Positions 1-12,623 of a DNA stretch of 64,000 nucleotides are shown piece by piece; position 1 is the stretch's first letter; each line of letters opens with the position of its first letter. Below the pieces are notes generated by a model. The model had not been told where the DNA came from. It saw only the letters and a list, made by a program, of their open reading frames with translations, and did not search any database. Origin of the DNA: Lama glama (Eukaryota); the NCBI GenBank assembly GCA_028534125.1, contig CM052817.1, forward strand, positions 19,160,001-19,224,000, given 5' to 3'. A program made the position numbers and the translations under genes.

Positions 1-3000
1 AGACCAAAATGCTTCATCCTAACAGCATTTGTTGATTTATGTAACATTTTTCAGGTGAAAGATTTTTTTTTATCTTTTCTAAATATTTTGATAAAATAGC
101 TTCATTCCATGTCCCAGTAGTCTGAGAGTACTTGTCTTCTCTGATGTCTGAGAAGCAATTATAAAATACGAAAAATGTGATCAAACCCATCAAGACATAC
201 CCCTTCATTGCAAAACCAGGCAAATGCACACGGATCAGATAAGCATACTGCTATTATTCTGGTAGATTTATGTTTGAAAAACTGGTTATTTTTATCATAT
301 GGGTTTATGTGATTCTTTTTTTCATTTTAAGAATAACAGAGGTAATGACTTTTGGATGATAATGAAAAGCCATCGTTCATGCTGAGAATCCATATTCATA
401 CAATGGAAAAAAATGTGAATGAAATTCTAAGCATTGCTTTGAGTTGAATCAAAGAATGCTAAAATGCTTCACTGTCACTTTTTTAAAACCTTTTTGAGCC
501 AACCTGTGCAAAATAGCAGGAAGATATGTCAACCTAGAGACACTGTCCATCAGACTATGGCATAGTACAAGTATCTGGTAAATATATTAGAGCCCCGTGG
601 GGAATCACTTGGGGCATTGACACTTTATATTTTGGCACTTATGCTAAAGGTAAAATGTTAAATGAAACTCATGCAGGTAGCCATATATTTCTTGCAAGAC
701 CTGAATTATCTGGGGAATGATGAAGCTGAATGACCAAGAGAGCAGTAGTAGGTATTTAATGAATCTTCTCTACAGGATTACACTAGTCTTGGACCTCTTC
801 TCCCTTTCTTGCTCAAAGGGGCCATTCCTAGGGATACCAGGAATGGCTGACAGTTCTGCTAACTGTACACAGTTGGAGAAGGAACATCGCTAAATTCTTC
901 TGCCCTGTCTTCTAAGAGTTCATTCTTTCAAGCAGCAGTGTTAGCAATTCACTTCAGTTTTGAGGAAATCCGTTTTTGTTACCGGACTACCCTGTTCTCA
1001 GAAATCCCTTTAGATTGTCAATAGGAAAGGCCCATTTGGGGTTCAGTCAATGCGTAAAGGAGGTTTTTCAGTCAGGAGATTCTTACCTTTCAACAGAGCT
1101 ACTGTCCCACCTCTCTTTTCCCAGGCAATTCCCGGGCTCTCTCTTACAGTTGTATTGTTTGAAAACCATTACCCCTCAGTAATGGTATGAGGACTGTGAT
1201 CTGAAACTTGACTGTAACCATTTCAAAGTGCTAATGTTAGTGGTAATGCCCCCTCAGTGACTAAAGGAACACCAACTGAATTGAAATGTTCTCTTGTTAA
1301 TGGGAAAAAAAAAAAAACCACTCTACAGCTCCAGGGAGAATGAGCAACAATGACTCTTACGATGGCGAGAACAGCAGGGAGCTCTCCTGTACATACCAGT
1401 TGAAAAAATCATATCTTGGTCATATTGGGGATGAATTTCTATTAAGGGGTGATTTGGGTCTCTATGCTATATACTTTTGGACTCTCAAGAGGAATGAAAA
1501 TACCTCCCTGGGAAACCTAGGTGCCATTAAGTAAAAGACATTTAAATGGCCAGGGGTACAAATATGACACATTTCCTAACATGTCAGAACAGAATCAGAA
1601 TTTGACATTAACCTCCAAAAGGCATTAATTCAGAAACCCATTTTTAATCAACTTGGCTATCTCCATATGTCTATTTTTATATGTTTTGCCTGTTACCCTA
1701 ATTTAGAGTCATTTTGACAAAGGTGCTGTTTTGGGTTTCCATTTCTGGTCCCTCTCTATGCCTTTGTATTTTCTGTCTTTTTAATTTCAATTGTAATCGA
1801 AACCAGATATGAGAATAAGTATAACAGATTGTGCCTTGTACACAACTGGAATTCAACAAGTGCTGACTGTTTCTTACAAATACATGTCATATCATTCTTG
1901 TGATTAATTGTGATCTCACAATTACAATAGTAGCTTATTTGACTTTAGATCAAAAATCAGTATTCTGGAGGGATCAGATCACTTGCTAGAGTGGCATCAA
2001 TGCTTTAGGTATTCAGCTAATATTAATTGATGATGATGGAGATATTAATGAATAGTAAAAGATGCCACTGGCTAAAAAGGAGCAGATAATATCTTTTAAC
2101 TTAAATTTTAGATTTTTTATAATAATAAATGATATGCAACTGTTATCTACTTGAGAAAGGAAAAAGTCTGCTCTAGCCAACTTCCTTTTGTGAAAAATAT
2201 TCATTCTTAGGTACAAAAAGTCATCTCAAAACTGAGAGATCTATCTCTTACTGAAAAATCTCTTCCAAAAATTTTTACCAGTCTAATTCTGTAATAAGTC
2301 AGCTTTTAAATTGCATTGTCAAGAGGGTGAATTTCTGCACATACATTAAGTTGTAGCATTAAGTTCAGTCACCATTTTTTTAAATCAATAGTTTACAAGG
2401 CTTGCACCAACTTTCCAATTTTCAAAAAAGTATGTAGATAAACTTCCTCATTTTTATTTATACGGTCTTGGAAGAAATAATTGCTGAGTTATAAGACCCA
2501 CAATAGCTGTGTTTCAGATTTATAGTCCATGCATATATCTTTCAGAATGCAGAACACCACCTGCACAGTATGATATGCGCTTTGGGCATGCATCAAAAAG
2601 AATTTCCAAATTTTATATTGGCATGTGGAAGAAGAGGGTGGATTATCAGTGATATTGAGATATTAATTATTCAGTTTTACTGCCATGTGTTATGAATAAT
2701 GTATTTGACATTCAGCAGTAGAACAGTGGTTCCTATCAGCATGCAGTACTCTATAAACATGTATAGGAACATCGGGGCATTCGTAATGTAATTAATTGGT
2801 CCTGGTTCTTAGCATGAAGACTTCGTCTTCATCAAGACTGGTAGGACAGGCCTCTGTTTTCATATGACTCTGGTGTTGGCCCAGCAAGTAGCACGAGATA
2901 GAGTAAAGTCAACAAGGCAAAGTGGATTAATTCTGTTGGGAGAGAGAGCTTAGAAAAGTTTTGAACTGTGATCTGTGGAGAAAATGAATTTTCTCTCCTT

Positions 3001-3099
3001 GTTCCTTTTTTTCTCTCTTAGTTTCTTTCTTGTTTTAACATTCTGACTTTTTACCTATAGAGGTTTGCCAGCATTTAATTAGCATCAGAAAATAAGATT

Positions 3100-3343
3100 A
3101 CAGTGGTTACAAGCTCAGATTCTGGGGCAACTCAGAGCTTTTTCCAAATCAGACTCTAAGATCCAGGAATCTTTATTTCTCTAATAATTTTTTTACTTGA
3201 AGAAATGGTGAAAATAATACCTAAACTAATAGGTTGATATGAGGACTAGGTAAAATTAGATAGAAAGAGATACAACTAGACAGAATTATTTAATTCTTGA
3301 GAACAAAATATTGATGAAAACTATTATTGTTATTATTATTATT
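3100..3343 (+). mobile_element. MIR SINE fragment
   Basis: CAGTGGTTACAAGCTCAGATTCTGG head, AAATGGTGAAAATAATACCT core and (TAT)n tail resemble MIR. Confidence 0.6.
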
Positions 3344-4199
3344 GAAAATGAACCTAATTTTTATATTGGATGCTGGATAATGAGAACACCTGAGGATAAA
3401 ATATTACTTAAAAATAAGAAAAAAAAACACAATTAGGGATTAAAAAATAAACTCAAAATTAAATAAGAGTGAATTCAAATTTATTAAAAATCTGTGAATA
3501 TATGATGAGATAAACTATGTTTTCTGCCTTGGCTAGTTAGCATGAACATCGTAAGAAAGATGGCTGAGGAGAAAGCTCACATTTCATGCAAAGATAACAC
3601 AAAGCCATTTATGACTCCCTCCTCAGAACTCAATGCTGGGAAAGTTAAAGGCAGGAAGGAAACATGGACTCCAAGAACTAATCAGTCAAGTAAACAATAA
3701 CAATAAAATATGAGTAACAAGCAGCAGGACAATTAAGACAATCATAGGAAGACGGAGTGTTGTCTAGGACCCGGGTGCTTAGGCATGCGGGGCTGCAGTC
3801 TGGACAGGAAGGCAGCTGGAGCCTGCAGGGAGGAGACGGCTGGGAGAGCGTGTTTTAGGCTTTGTTCCCGCCTTAGCTCCTGCTAGCCTTATTTCATTAG
3901 AATGAAACAAAACCCCACAACAATTGCCAAAGCCATCTGTGGTCATGTCCTTGGATTATATCTGTGCATTGACAAACGCGGGAGTTGACAAAAATGGGTG
4001 AAAATTGAGTAACCCTTGGGCATTATTACTTCAACCCCGAACATAAAATATTCCTTTTGGACTGACAGAAAATGGAAATAATCAAACTGGCTACAATTGT
4101 CACTATTAAAAAAAGAAGGGATCTGACTTGGAAGCCTTATTCAACCCATATTAGCAGGCCATGTCTGATAACCTGAAGGCAGTGTAAGCTCACAGACCA

Positions 4200-5760
4200 A
4201 AAACTAGATATCTGAGGAAGACACACACCATAACAGTGATTGGCCGACAGAAAGATTTGAAGCAGTTACTGCCAACAGACAGGTCAAAAATTTTTAAAGA
4301 AAATAAAGATGTTAGCAATAAAAATAAATAATTTGAGATGTTACGTATGAAAAAGGTAATGGTTGAAATAAAGACAAAGTAGATGGGGCTCTTAATAGGA
4401 TACAGTAAAGAAGAAATCAGTGGATTGGGATGTCAGATTGAAGATCGCTCAGATAACTTAAGGAAGGGATAGCGTTGGAAAATATATAAGGAAGCATAAG
4501 GCATATAAGATCACACTATAAAAATTAACAGCATTTTTCTATACCAGAGATAAATGACTAAGACGTACCACAAAGCCTTAGTAATAAAAACAGTGTCGTT
4601 TAAATAAATGGCTTTGCTTAAAGGATATCGAGATGGAACCATATGTGTGGGGACATACAATGCCGTAAGTATGTGACTGCAAATCAAAAAGACAAGGGCA
4701 GGTTTTTCAGTCTATAAAAATTGGCTCACGATATGGAAAAAAAAATAAAAAATCTGAAACTCTACCTTTATGTGACATCAGGTAGCTCCTATTGAATTAA
4801 TTATCTAAAAGTGAAAGATAAAGCTATAAAGTTAGAAGAAGAAAATGTGAAAAATATTTCTTGCCTAGGGAGAAGGAAGTCTTAGGCAAAACTCAGCAAT
4901 GAAGCCTTTTTGAAAAGAATCAACTGAATCATATCACAAGTAACAGCTTCTGTCAGTGAAAAACACTACAGACAAAATTATTAGAAGAATGCTAGAACGG
5001 GAGAAAATATATGCTTTTCAAAAACTGTCAGTGATTGAATACTCTTTCCCCTCAAAATTAAGGGGGGTCTTGTCAATCAACAAGAATTATATAGAAGTTC
5101 CAAGGAACACATGAGCAAAGGTTATAAACCATAATTACAGAGGAGAAATACTAACGTGCTAATAAGGTATAAAGAGAGGCACATTGTCATTAGAAATCAG
5201 AAACGTGCCAATGCAAGTAACAATGAGATATTAGCATATACCTATTTCTCTGGCAAAACTTTAAAAGCTGGACAATTCTAAGTACGCTTGTGGCTCTTGG
5301 CACAGCAGCTCTCAAGCATGGGTGGTGGCTCTGTAACCTGTGAAATCTATTCTACATGGCACCCTACCAGGACCAAAGTACTCAAATGCATACATTTTAT
5401 CCCAGCAGTTCTGCTCCTGGGAGTTCATCACGTAGAATTCCTTACACTGGTCCACAAGGGGGCGTTTACTAAGATGTTCAGTACCCTGTCCTGAGTGGTA
5501 GTGAAGAATTACAGTCGACATACCCATTGCTTGGACAGCAGAGGGAGAAATGTGGATGCACATCCTACAGCAGAGGAAGGAGTAAACACACATAACAGAG
5601 CATGGCTGAACCTTATAAATACAGCTCTGAGTTAAATACATACATAATACAGGGGGTACAATGCACAAGATCACTTTGGTAAATTTTAAAAATACTTGCA
5701 TACAATCAGTATATATTTTAAAAGAACACATAAAGGGGCATAATAAAGATGAAAATTTTT
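4200..5760 (+). mobile_element. Ancient L1 (L1ME-like) fragments: ORF1 remnant, ORF2 3' end and 3'UTR
   Basis: GAAGAAATCAGTGGATTGG (ORF1-like); CAAAGCCTTAGTAATAAAAACAGTG (ATVIKTV motif); L1 3' motifs such as ATCCCAGCAGTTCTGCTCCTGGG; heavily deleted. Confidence 0.75.
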
Positions 5761-5789
5761 ATGTCTGGGGAGATTAAAATATCTTGGAA

Positions 5790-5920
5790 ATAAAGGAAGA
5801 AAGCTAGGGAGTAAGGGATGGGGGTGGAAGGAAGAGAGGGAAGAGGGGAGGAAGGGAGGAAGAAAGGGCCTAATGAAGGGAAAGTGGGAAGGAGGGAGGA
5901 GGAAAGGAAGAGAGGAAACG
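5790..5920. repeat. Purine-rich (GA/GGA) low-complexity tract
   Basis: Almost entirely G/A on the + strand, with several GGG runs. Confidence 0.85.
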
Positions 5921-6046
5921 TGAATGGACCAATAATGTTAAGGTACCATGAGTAATATGATTAAGTCATTCTCTTGATTTGAAGGGTTTTTTTTTTCAAA
6001 GGGACCAGTAATTTGTGAGAGAACGTCTCTCTCTTCAAGGAAGAAT

Positions 6047-6050
<4 letters not shown>

Positions 6051-6092
<42 letters not shown>
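6051..6092. repeat. (AC)21 perfect microsatellite
   Basis: Read directly. Confidence 0.97.
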
Positions 6093-6095
<3 letters not shown>

Positions 6096-6571
6096 TCCCA
6101 TTTTGTACAAATATGTCCCAGAGTTACGCACAGTCAAACAAAATAATAAAATAGAAAAAGATGGAATCATGCATTTTCTTGCTGAAATCCGTGACTCAAA
6201 AGTTTTGGTATAATTTGTACAGCTAATATCATAGTGTCTGACGAACTATGAACATTCAGCACAACATTCACTAAGTAAATGATTGAAGCTATAATTGGTT
6301 TAAAATAAAAGTAAAAAGTTTATTCATTTATACTTTTGAAAAGAATTAACACCTCAACATCTAGAGCCGTGACCGAGGTTTGTATGCCTATAGCCCAAGC
6401 GGTGGGTGGGTAAGACTCCTGCCAGGCCCCTTGGTGTGTGGTGCTGGTTGCAGAACCAAAGCCAAACCGGGCTGTAGCAGAGTCCTCAGGGGTACAGAGC
6501 TGTTTCCATGTCTTACAGCCGGGACCACGGTCAGGGAGGCTTTGACCTCAAAGAGTCAGCTTCTAGCTTTT

Positions 6572-6700
6572 GTGGGTTTTTGTTTGTTTTGTTTTTTTGG
6601 TTATTTATTTATTTAATTGAAGTATGGTCAGTTACAGTATGTCAGTTTCTGGTGTACAGCACAATGTCCCAGTTATGCATATACACATATATTCCATATA
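6572..6700 (-). mobile_element. Short 5'-truncated camelid-type L1 3' end with 11-bp TSD
   Basis: T-rich tail then ATTGAAGTATGGTCAGTTACA...TTCTGGTGTACAGCACAATGTCCCAG; TSD TTCTAGCTTTT at 6561-6571 and 6701-6711. Confidence 0.85.
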
Positions 6701-6779
6701 TTCTAGCTTTTATCTTAATTTTGACTTTTTGGTTTCCCATCTCATGATCTGCAAAGAACAAATTGATGAATAATTCGTC

Positions 6780-7718
6780 AAATTTAAGATTTCTTCTCTC
6801 TGAGAAACACTGATAAGAATGAAAGTACAATCCATGTGTCAAGAGGAAGTATTTGGACAGCGTGTATCTGATTAAGGCCTTGTAATCAGTGTACATAAAG
6901 AACTCTCAAAAACTCAGCAGTGGCGCAACAGCAAAAAATTATTTTTAAAATGTGAAAAGAAATGGATACTTTACCAAAGGAAATATATGGATGGCAAGGA
7001 AGGATATGAGAAGATTTGCAATATCATCGATCATCAGGGAAATGCACAATAAGATAACCTACACATCTGTTAGAATGGCAAAAATTAAAAAAAAAAAAGA
7101 GTACTCATACCAAGTGTTGGTGAAGATGAAGGGACACTGGAATTCTCATATACATCTGGTGGGAATATAAAGTATTATCATTTCTAAGAAAATTTTTGCA
7201 GTTTCTTAAAGTGGTAAACACACTCATCCTGTTAATGCAACCAGATTACTTTTAGGGGTGTTAAAGCACATATCTATACTCAGCCTACACACAAATGTTC
7301 ATAGCTTCTTTATTTTTAATAAAAATTTAATTATTGCTGCATACCACAAAATACATAAATTTCAAAATCATCATGGTGAGTGAAAGAAGTCCAACAGAAA
7401 AAGAGTACAAATTGTCTAGCCGCATTTATGTAAAATCCTAGAAAATGCAAACTAATCCTTCATGGCTGAAAGCAAATCATTCTCTGGGGAGGGGCGTGCA
7501 GGTGGGGTGGAAGTGTGGATAATGGGCAGAGAGGTCAGGAGGGAGGCATCACAAAGGGGAGTGTGGAAACTTTTGGGAGTGGTAGATACGTTCATTATCC
7601 TGACTTTCATGATGGGTCCATGGGTGCGGACATATGTCAAATCTTATCAAATTGTACCTTTAAATGTGTAGGTCATTGTGTGTCAATTGTACCTCAAAAA
7701 ACTCCTTTAAAAAATAAA
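6780..7718 (+). mobile_element. L1MC/MD-like 3' end (ORF2 C-terminus and 3'UTR)
   Basis: ORF 6952-7170 resembles the ORF2 C-terminus; 3'UTR GGAAACTTTTGGGAGTGGTAGATACGTTCATTATC...TCAAATTGTAC...GTCAATTGTACCTCAA; A-rich end. Confidence 0.85.
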
Positions 7719-9039
7719 TACACGGAGATGATATAAAGGTACACTAGAAAAATCATACAATACTGTCAGGCGAGATCTTCATTTAACCAGATCAGGTGCA
7801 TCTGAGTGCCACGTCTGATGTTCCTAGTGCAGGCTTGCTAAGGTACCAGTGCAGGTCAGCGTCTCCAAAGCCTGGAGCCCCCCGTTAGCCATTCCCCTGC
7901 ACACAACAGCAGGACATAAAGCTCTTGACCTGAACTGATATTTTTCTTACCTGTATATTCTCACTTCCTAAAGCCCTCAAGCCACAGGCACAGACTCTGT
8001 ATTTGATGCAAATGTGTGAGATAAGTCTCACTTTCCACAAGCAAGAAACGTCTTTATTTCAACTTAATTATTTTTAAAACAATCCAATTTTAACTGTGTA
8101 TCTCCTTCCTCTTTGACAGAAAATTCAAGCTTGGCCATAGGCAGCAGCACACACACAAAAAAAAAAATCCTGGGATGTCTCCTGTGCTTCATCAGCACAG
8201 TGCAGTGGTTTCCTCTAAGAAACCTGCAGGTTCATTTCACAAGATTCCCATAGCTCCCTCAGCCCTGCCACTTACTCTGACTCATTAATCTTTGCCGAGG
8301 CTGGAACCATACCAGTTTTCCACTTGGAATTCTCAATACTTTCTTGGAAAATCTCAGCAGAACAGATTAAGGAGTCACATTGATTGTCCTCACCATAGAA
8401 CTGCACCCCAATTTGCTTTCTCCAATCTCTTGATTTTGCCTTTAGCCTGAAAAATAATCCTTTCTTTCTGTTCATGTTTCTTTGTGTCTTCTTCCTCTAG
8501 GGATCCTAGACTGATTGCTTCAGGGGATTTTGGTTATAGGAAACAAAGGCCAAGTAAGGGGGGTGTCATGCAGACAATTGCTTTTTCTTCCTCCCAAAAA
8601 TGCCTCTTAAGAAAGGACAGCTCAGAGCCTGTTATCTGCAGAAAAGAAGAAAGGAGAGGAGAAATTACAAAGAGAAAGCGATAAATTGATGTCGCAAACA
8701 TTTCATAAGGACACAAAGTATTTGATTTCCAAACTGTTTTGGTAGCATTTGCTAAAATCTTTTCAAAAGTCCAATCCAGTGAAGAAACTTCTTGAAGACT
8801 GCAGTGCCTCGCAAAGCCTTACACCTGCTCTGCATTGGGAGCAAGACCCACAGAATCAGCTTCCAGCAGAAAGTTAGAATATGCTCGATAACAATTCTGA
8901 GAATTCACATGTGTGTGAGTCTATCTGTGTATGAGTGTGTACGAGAGAGACAGACAGACGGACACCTAAAAGCATTGTTCATAAAACAATATGCTGTAGT
9001 TCACATTGTCTTTTCTCAGATACTGCACTGCTCTAGTCT

Positions 9040-9175
9040 CATTTCAGCCCTTGTGAGAAAATATTTTAACTGTAATCTCCATTTAAAAAACTAGATTTAG
9101 GGAAGTTAGGTGACTTGCCAAAAATATGAAGTTAATTCAACAGAGATAGGATTTGAAATCAAGTTTTCCTCTTTA
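9040..9175 (-). mobile_element. MIR core fragment
   Basis: GAAGTTAGGTGACTTGCCAAA...GGATTTGAAATCAAG. Confidence 0.65.
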
Positions 9176-9679
9176 AAATCTCTTAATGTGCTAGTGTTAT
9201 CAACAATACTGGATTCACATTCTGCCTAGACAGTTTACACACAAGATGTATATTTCTCTTCTATAAAATGCAGATAATCTGGTAACCACCATGCTTACTG
9301 CTCCTAAGGGAACCATGCCCCCATATGCAAATAGGTAAACCTATTTGATTTTCTTAACATGACTAATTCTTCTGCTCTCCCGGAAGATAATATAAGTATT
9401 TCCAAATCACTGTGATGGTGTATATCATTTAAAAATTAACATGTTTTGTCTGTGAGGTGCAATTCCAGATTTAATGAATAACTTAACTTCAGGTAAGACA
9501 AACTGTAAAGAACTTTCTAAAAGAAATGATTTACTCTGTTGGTGGTGTTAATTTTTTTTTCTGCCAAATACTTGTTTTGAGCAATTTTTGATCAGTAACC
9601 AAGAACTACAACTGTCGAGGGAAAAACTATACAGGTTACGAGACACCTGGTGAAGCGGAGTTGACAGTAGTAGGGCAGA

Positions 9680-10153
9680 TTTCTTCCATGTGCTTCCCCA
9701 GATCTGCTCGTCTCCCGCTCCCTTGTCTTTGCTCTGAGAACCTGTCCCAAGTGAACTACATAACTGGGACACCTCAGCTTTCAGGACTGGTTTTGTTGGG
9801 TTGGTGTTCAGGGTTTCCATTGGAGAAGGGAGAAAGAAGAGTGAGGCCAAGATCCTTATTCAACTTGCTGCCTCTCAGTGAGAGCGACTTAAATTTTCTA
9901 TGTCCCTAAAAAAGCAGCCTGTCTGTAAGATTCTTCCTCTTTTTAGCATTTGGAAGCCTCTCTTTCCCTCATCCCTTCGGCCTAGACTGATAACAGTCTT
10001 GCAACTTTGTAGTCAAGAATCTTACACTGTCTCTTTCTTTCATGTTCTATAACCATCAACACATTTGTAATTAATTTCTTTGTAAATAAACTTTCTCCAA
10101 ATTACCTTAATTTGAGTGTGCATCTGTTTCTTATTTGGACCCTGATTGATACA
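9680..10153 (+). mobile_element. ERVL solo LTR, LTR33-like
   Basis: CCCTTCGGCCTAG, and 3' end AATAAACTTTCTCCAAATTACC...TTTGAGTGTGCATCTGTTTC...GGACCCTGATTGATACA, match my recall of LTR33. Confidence 0.75.
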
Positions 10154-10679
10154 AATTATTATATAAGCTCCCAGAAATTTGCTTAATAAAAGTTTTATAT
10201 TTTTTTCTGCACAAATAGTAGCATCCTCTGCACAATCGTGTTTTTTTTAAATTAATAACGTATCTTGTGGATTTTTTCCATGTTAGCGTAATGAAGATTT
10301 ACTGTGTTAAAGTAAGTTTTAAACAGTGTAAAATTTGGAAGGCTATGAAATGAAAAGTAAGTATTGTTTATAATGGAAATGTTTATCGTCACCAAAAGAG
10401 TTTAATACACAATCATTTGTTTTCAAATTTCTCACAACTTCAGAATCTATTGAATGAGAATTTAATGTCACCACAAGAGTAAAAATTATTCACCTTCCAG
10501 AGGAGAAAGTCATTCTTTTTTTTCAATCCCATGTGTCACTGATTTTCTTTAAAGTAAATCCTTTAGTAACTACCTAATAAAACAGAACATGTTTACCACC
10601 TTAGGAAAGAGTGTGTATCACGTAAAAGTGAAAAATATCAAGGAGCAGCATGATTGTAGGTGGGCCTTATTACCACTGG

Positions 10680-10766
10680 CATGAGGGTTGAACTGTATCA
10701 AATCAATACATTATAACCCTTAAACTTATATAACATTATATGTCAATTATATCACAGTTAAAAAAT
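10680..10766 (+). mobile_element. Old L1 3' terminal fragment
   Basis: ATCAAATCAATACATTATAACCCTTAAACTTATATAACATTATATGTCAATTATATC followed by an A-run. Confidence 0.65.
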
Positions 10767-10910
10767 GATAATTTTTAAAACTAGCTTATATTGGAGTCTA
10801 CAAAACCACTGCTGATATCACTGGTTATAGGTCTTTTCTATATATTAGTGTATCCTTTGAACAGATAGAGAGCATTTGTCAGGGGTGGAGAGGAAGTGAG
10901 GCCATCTTTT

Positions 10911-12623
10911 TTTTTTTATTGAAGTATAATCAGTTTACAATGTTGTGTCAACTTCTGGTGTACAGCACATTGCTGCAGTCATAGATGTACATACATATAT
11001 CCATTTTCATATTCTTTCTCACCATGAGCAACTATAAGATATCAAAAATAATTCCCTGTGCTATACATTGTAAACTTGTTTATCTATTTTATATATACCA
11101 TCAGTATCTGCAAATCTTGAACTCACAGTTTATCCCTTCCCACCCTCTTCCCCTCTGGTAACCGTAAGTTTGTTTTCTATGTCTGTGAGTCTATTTCTGT
11201 TTTACATATAAGTTCATTTGCCTTTTTTTTTTTAGATCCCATATATGAGTGATATAGTATTTTTCTTCCTTCTTCTGGCTTTCTTCACTTAGAATGACGT
11301 TCTCCAGGGCCATCCATGTTGCTGCAAATGATATTATTTTGTTGTTTTTTATGGCTGAGTAGTATTCCATTGTGTGTGTCTGTGTGTGTGTGTGTGTGTG
11401 TGTACCACAACTTCTTTATCCAGTCATCTGTTGGTGGACATTTAGGCTGTTTCCATGTCTTGGCTATTGTAAATAGTGCTGCTATGAACAGTGGGGTGCA
11501 GGTGTCTTTTTGAATTAGGGTTCCCTCTAGATATATGCCTAGGAGTGGGATTGTTGGATCATATGGTAAATATATTTTTAGTTTTTTGTGGAATCTCTGT
11601 ACTGTTCTCCACAATGGCTGTACCAAACTGCATTCCCACCAGCAGTGTAGGAGGGTTCCCTTTTCTCCTCAGCCTCTCCAGCATTTGTCATTTGTGAACT
11701 TTTGAATGATGGCCATTCTGATTGATGTGAGGTGATAACCTCATTGTAGTTTTGATTTGCATTTCTCTTAATATTAGCGCTATTGAGCATTATTTCATGT
11801 GCCTATTGGCCATTTGTATGTCTTCATTGGAGAATTGCTTGTTTAGGTCTTCTGCCCAGTTTTGGATTGGGTTGTTTGTTTTTTTCTTATTAAGTCATAT
11901 GAGCTGTTTATATATTCTGGAAATCAAGCCCTTGTCAGTCTCATCTTGTGCAAATATTTTCTCCAATTCTGTAGGTTGTCGTTTTGCTTCGCTTATGGTT
12001 TCCTTTGCTGTGAAAAAGCTTGTGAGTTTAATTTAGTCCCAATTGTTTATTTTTGCTTTTATTTCTGTTGCTTGGGTAGACTGCCCTAAGAGAACATTGC
12101 TGAGATGTATGTGAGATAATGTTTAGCCTGTGTTTTCTTCTAGGAGATTTATTGTGACTTGTCTTATGTTTACTTCTTTAAGCCATTTTGAGTTTATTTT
12201 TGTGTATAATGTGAAGGGAGTATTCTAACTTCACTAATTTACATGCAGCCATCCAGTTTTCCCAACACCATTTGCTGAAGAGACTGTCTTTACTCCATTG
12301 TATGTTCTTGCCTCCTTTATCAAAGATTAGTTGACCAAAAGTTTGTGGGTTCATTTCTGGGCTCTTTTTCTGTTCCATTAATCTTTACATCTGTTTTTGT
12401 AACAATACCATGCTGTTTTGATTACTGTAGCTCTGTAGTATCGTCTGAAGTGTGGGAGACTTATTCCTCCAGCTTCATTCTTTTTCTTCAGTAATGCTTT
12501 GCCAATTCTGGGTCTTTTGTGATTCCATATAAATTTTAATGTGATTTGTTCTAGTTCTGTGAAAAATGTCCTGGGTACTTTGATAGAGGTTGCATTAAGC
12601 CTGTAGATTGCCTTGGGCAGTAA
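10911..12623 (-). mobile_element. ~1.7 kb 5'-truncated camelid-type L1 (ORF2 C-terminal part, 3'UTR, polyA) with 12-bp TSD
   Basis: Frameshifted ORF2 peptides (LPKAIYR...[10 protein letters not shown]...[22 protein letters not shown]...[17 protein letters not shown]...DTCTPLFIAALFTIAKTWKQPKCP); TSD AGGCCATCTTTT at 10899-10910 and 12624-12635. Confidence 0.95.
11371..11403. repeat. Interrupted (TG)n microsatellite inside the L1
   Basis: (TG)4TC(TG)11. Confidence 0.9.

Noticed and set aside
14..229. 71-aa ORF with a hydrophobic N-terminus
   Set aside because: No recognisable family or supporting gene structure
1905..1924. Inverted repeat TAATTGTGA-TC-TCACAATTA (also ACCATTAC/GTAATGGT near 1165-1186)
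   Set aside because: Arms of 8-9 bp are expected by chance in 64 kb of AT-rich DNA
5312..5731. 139-aa Cys-rich ORF
   Set aside because: Antisense reading of a degraded L1 3' region
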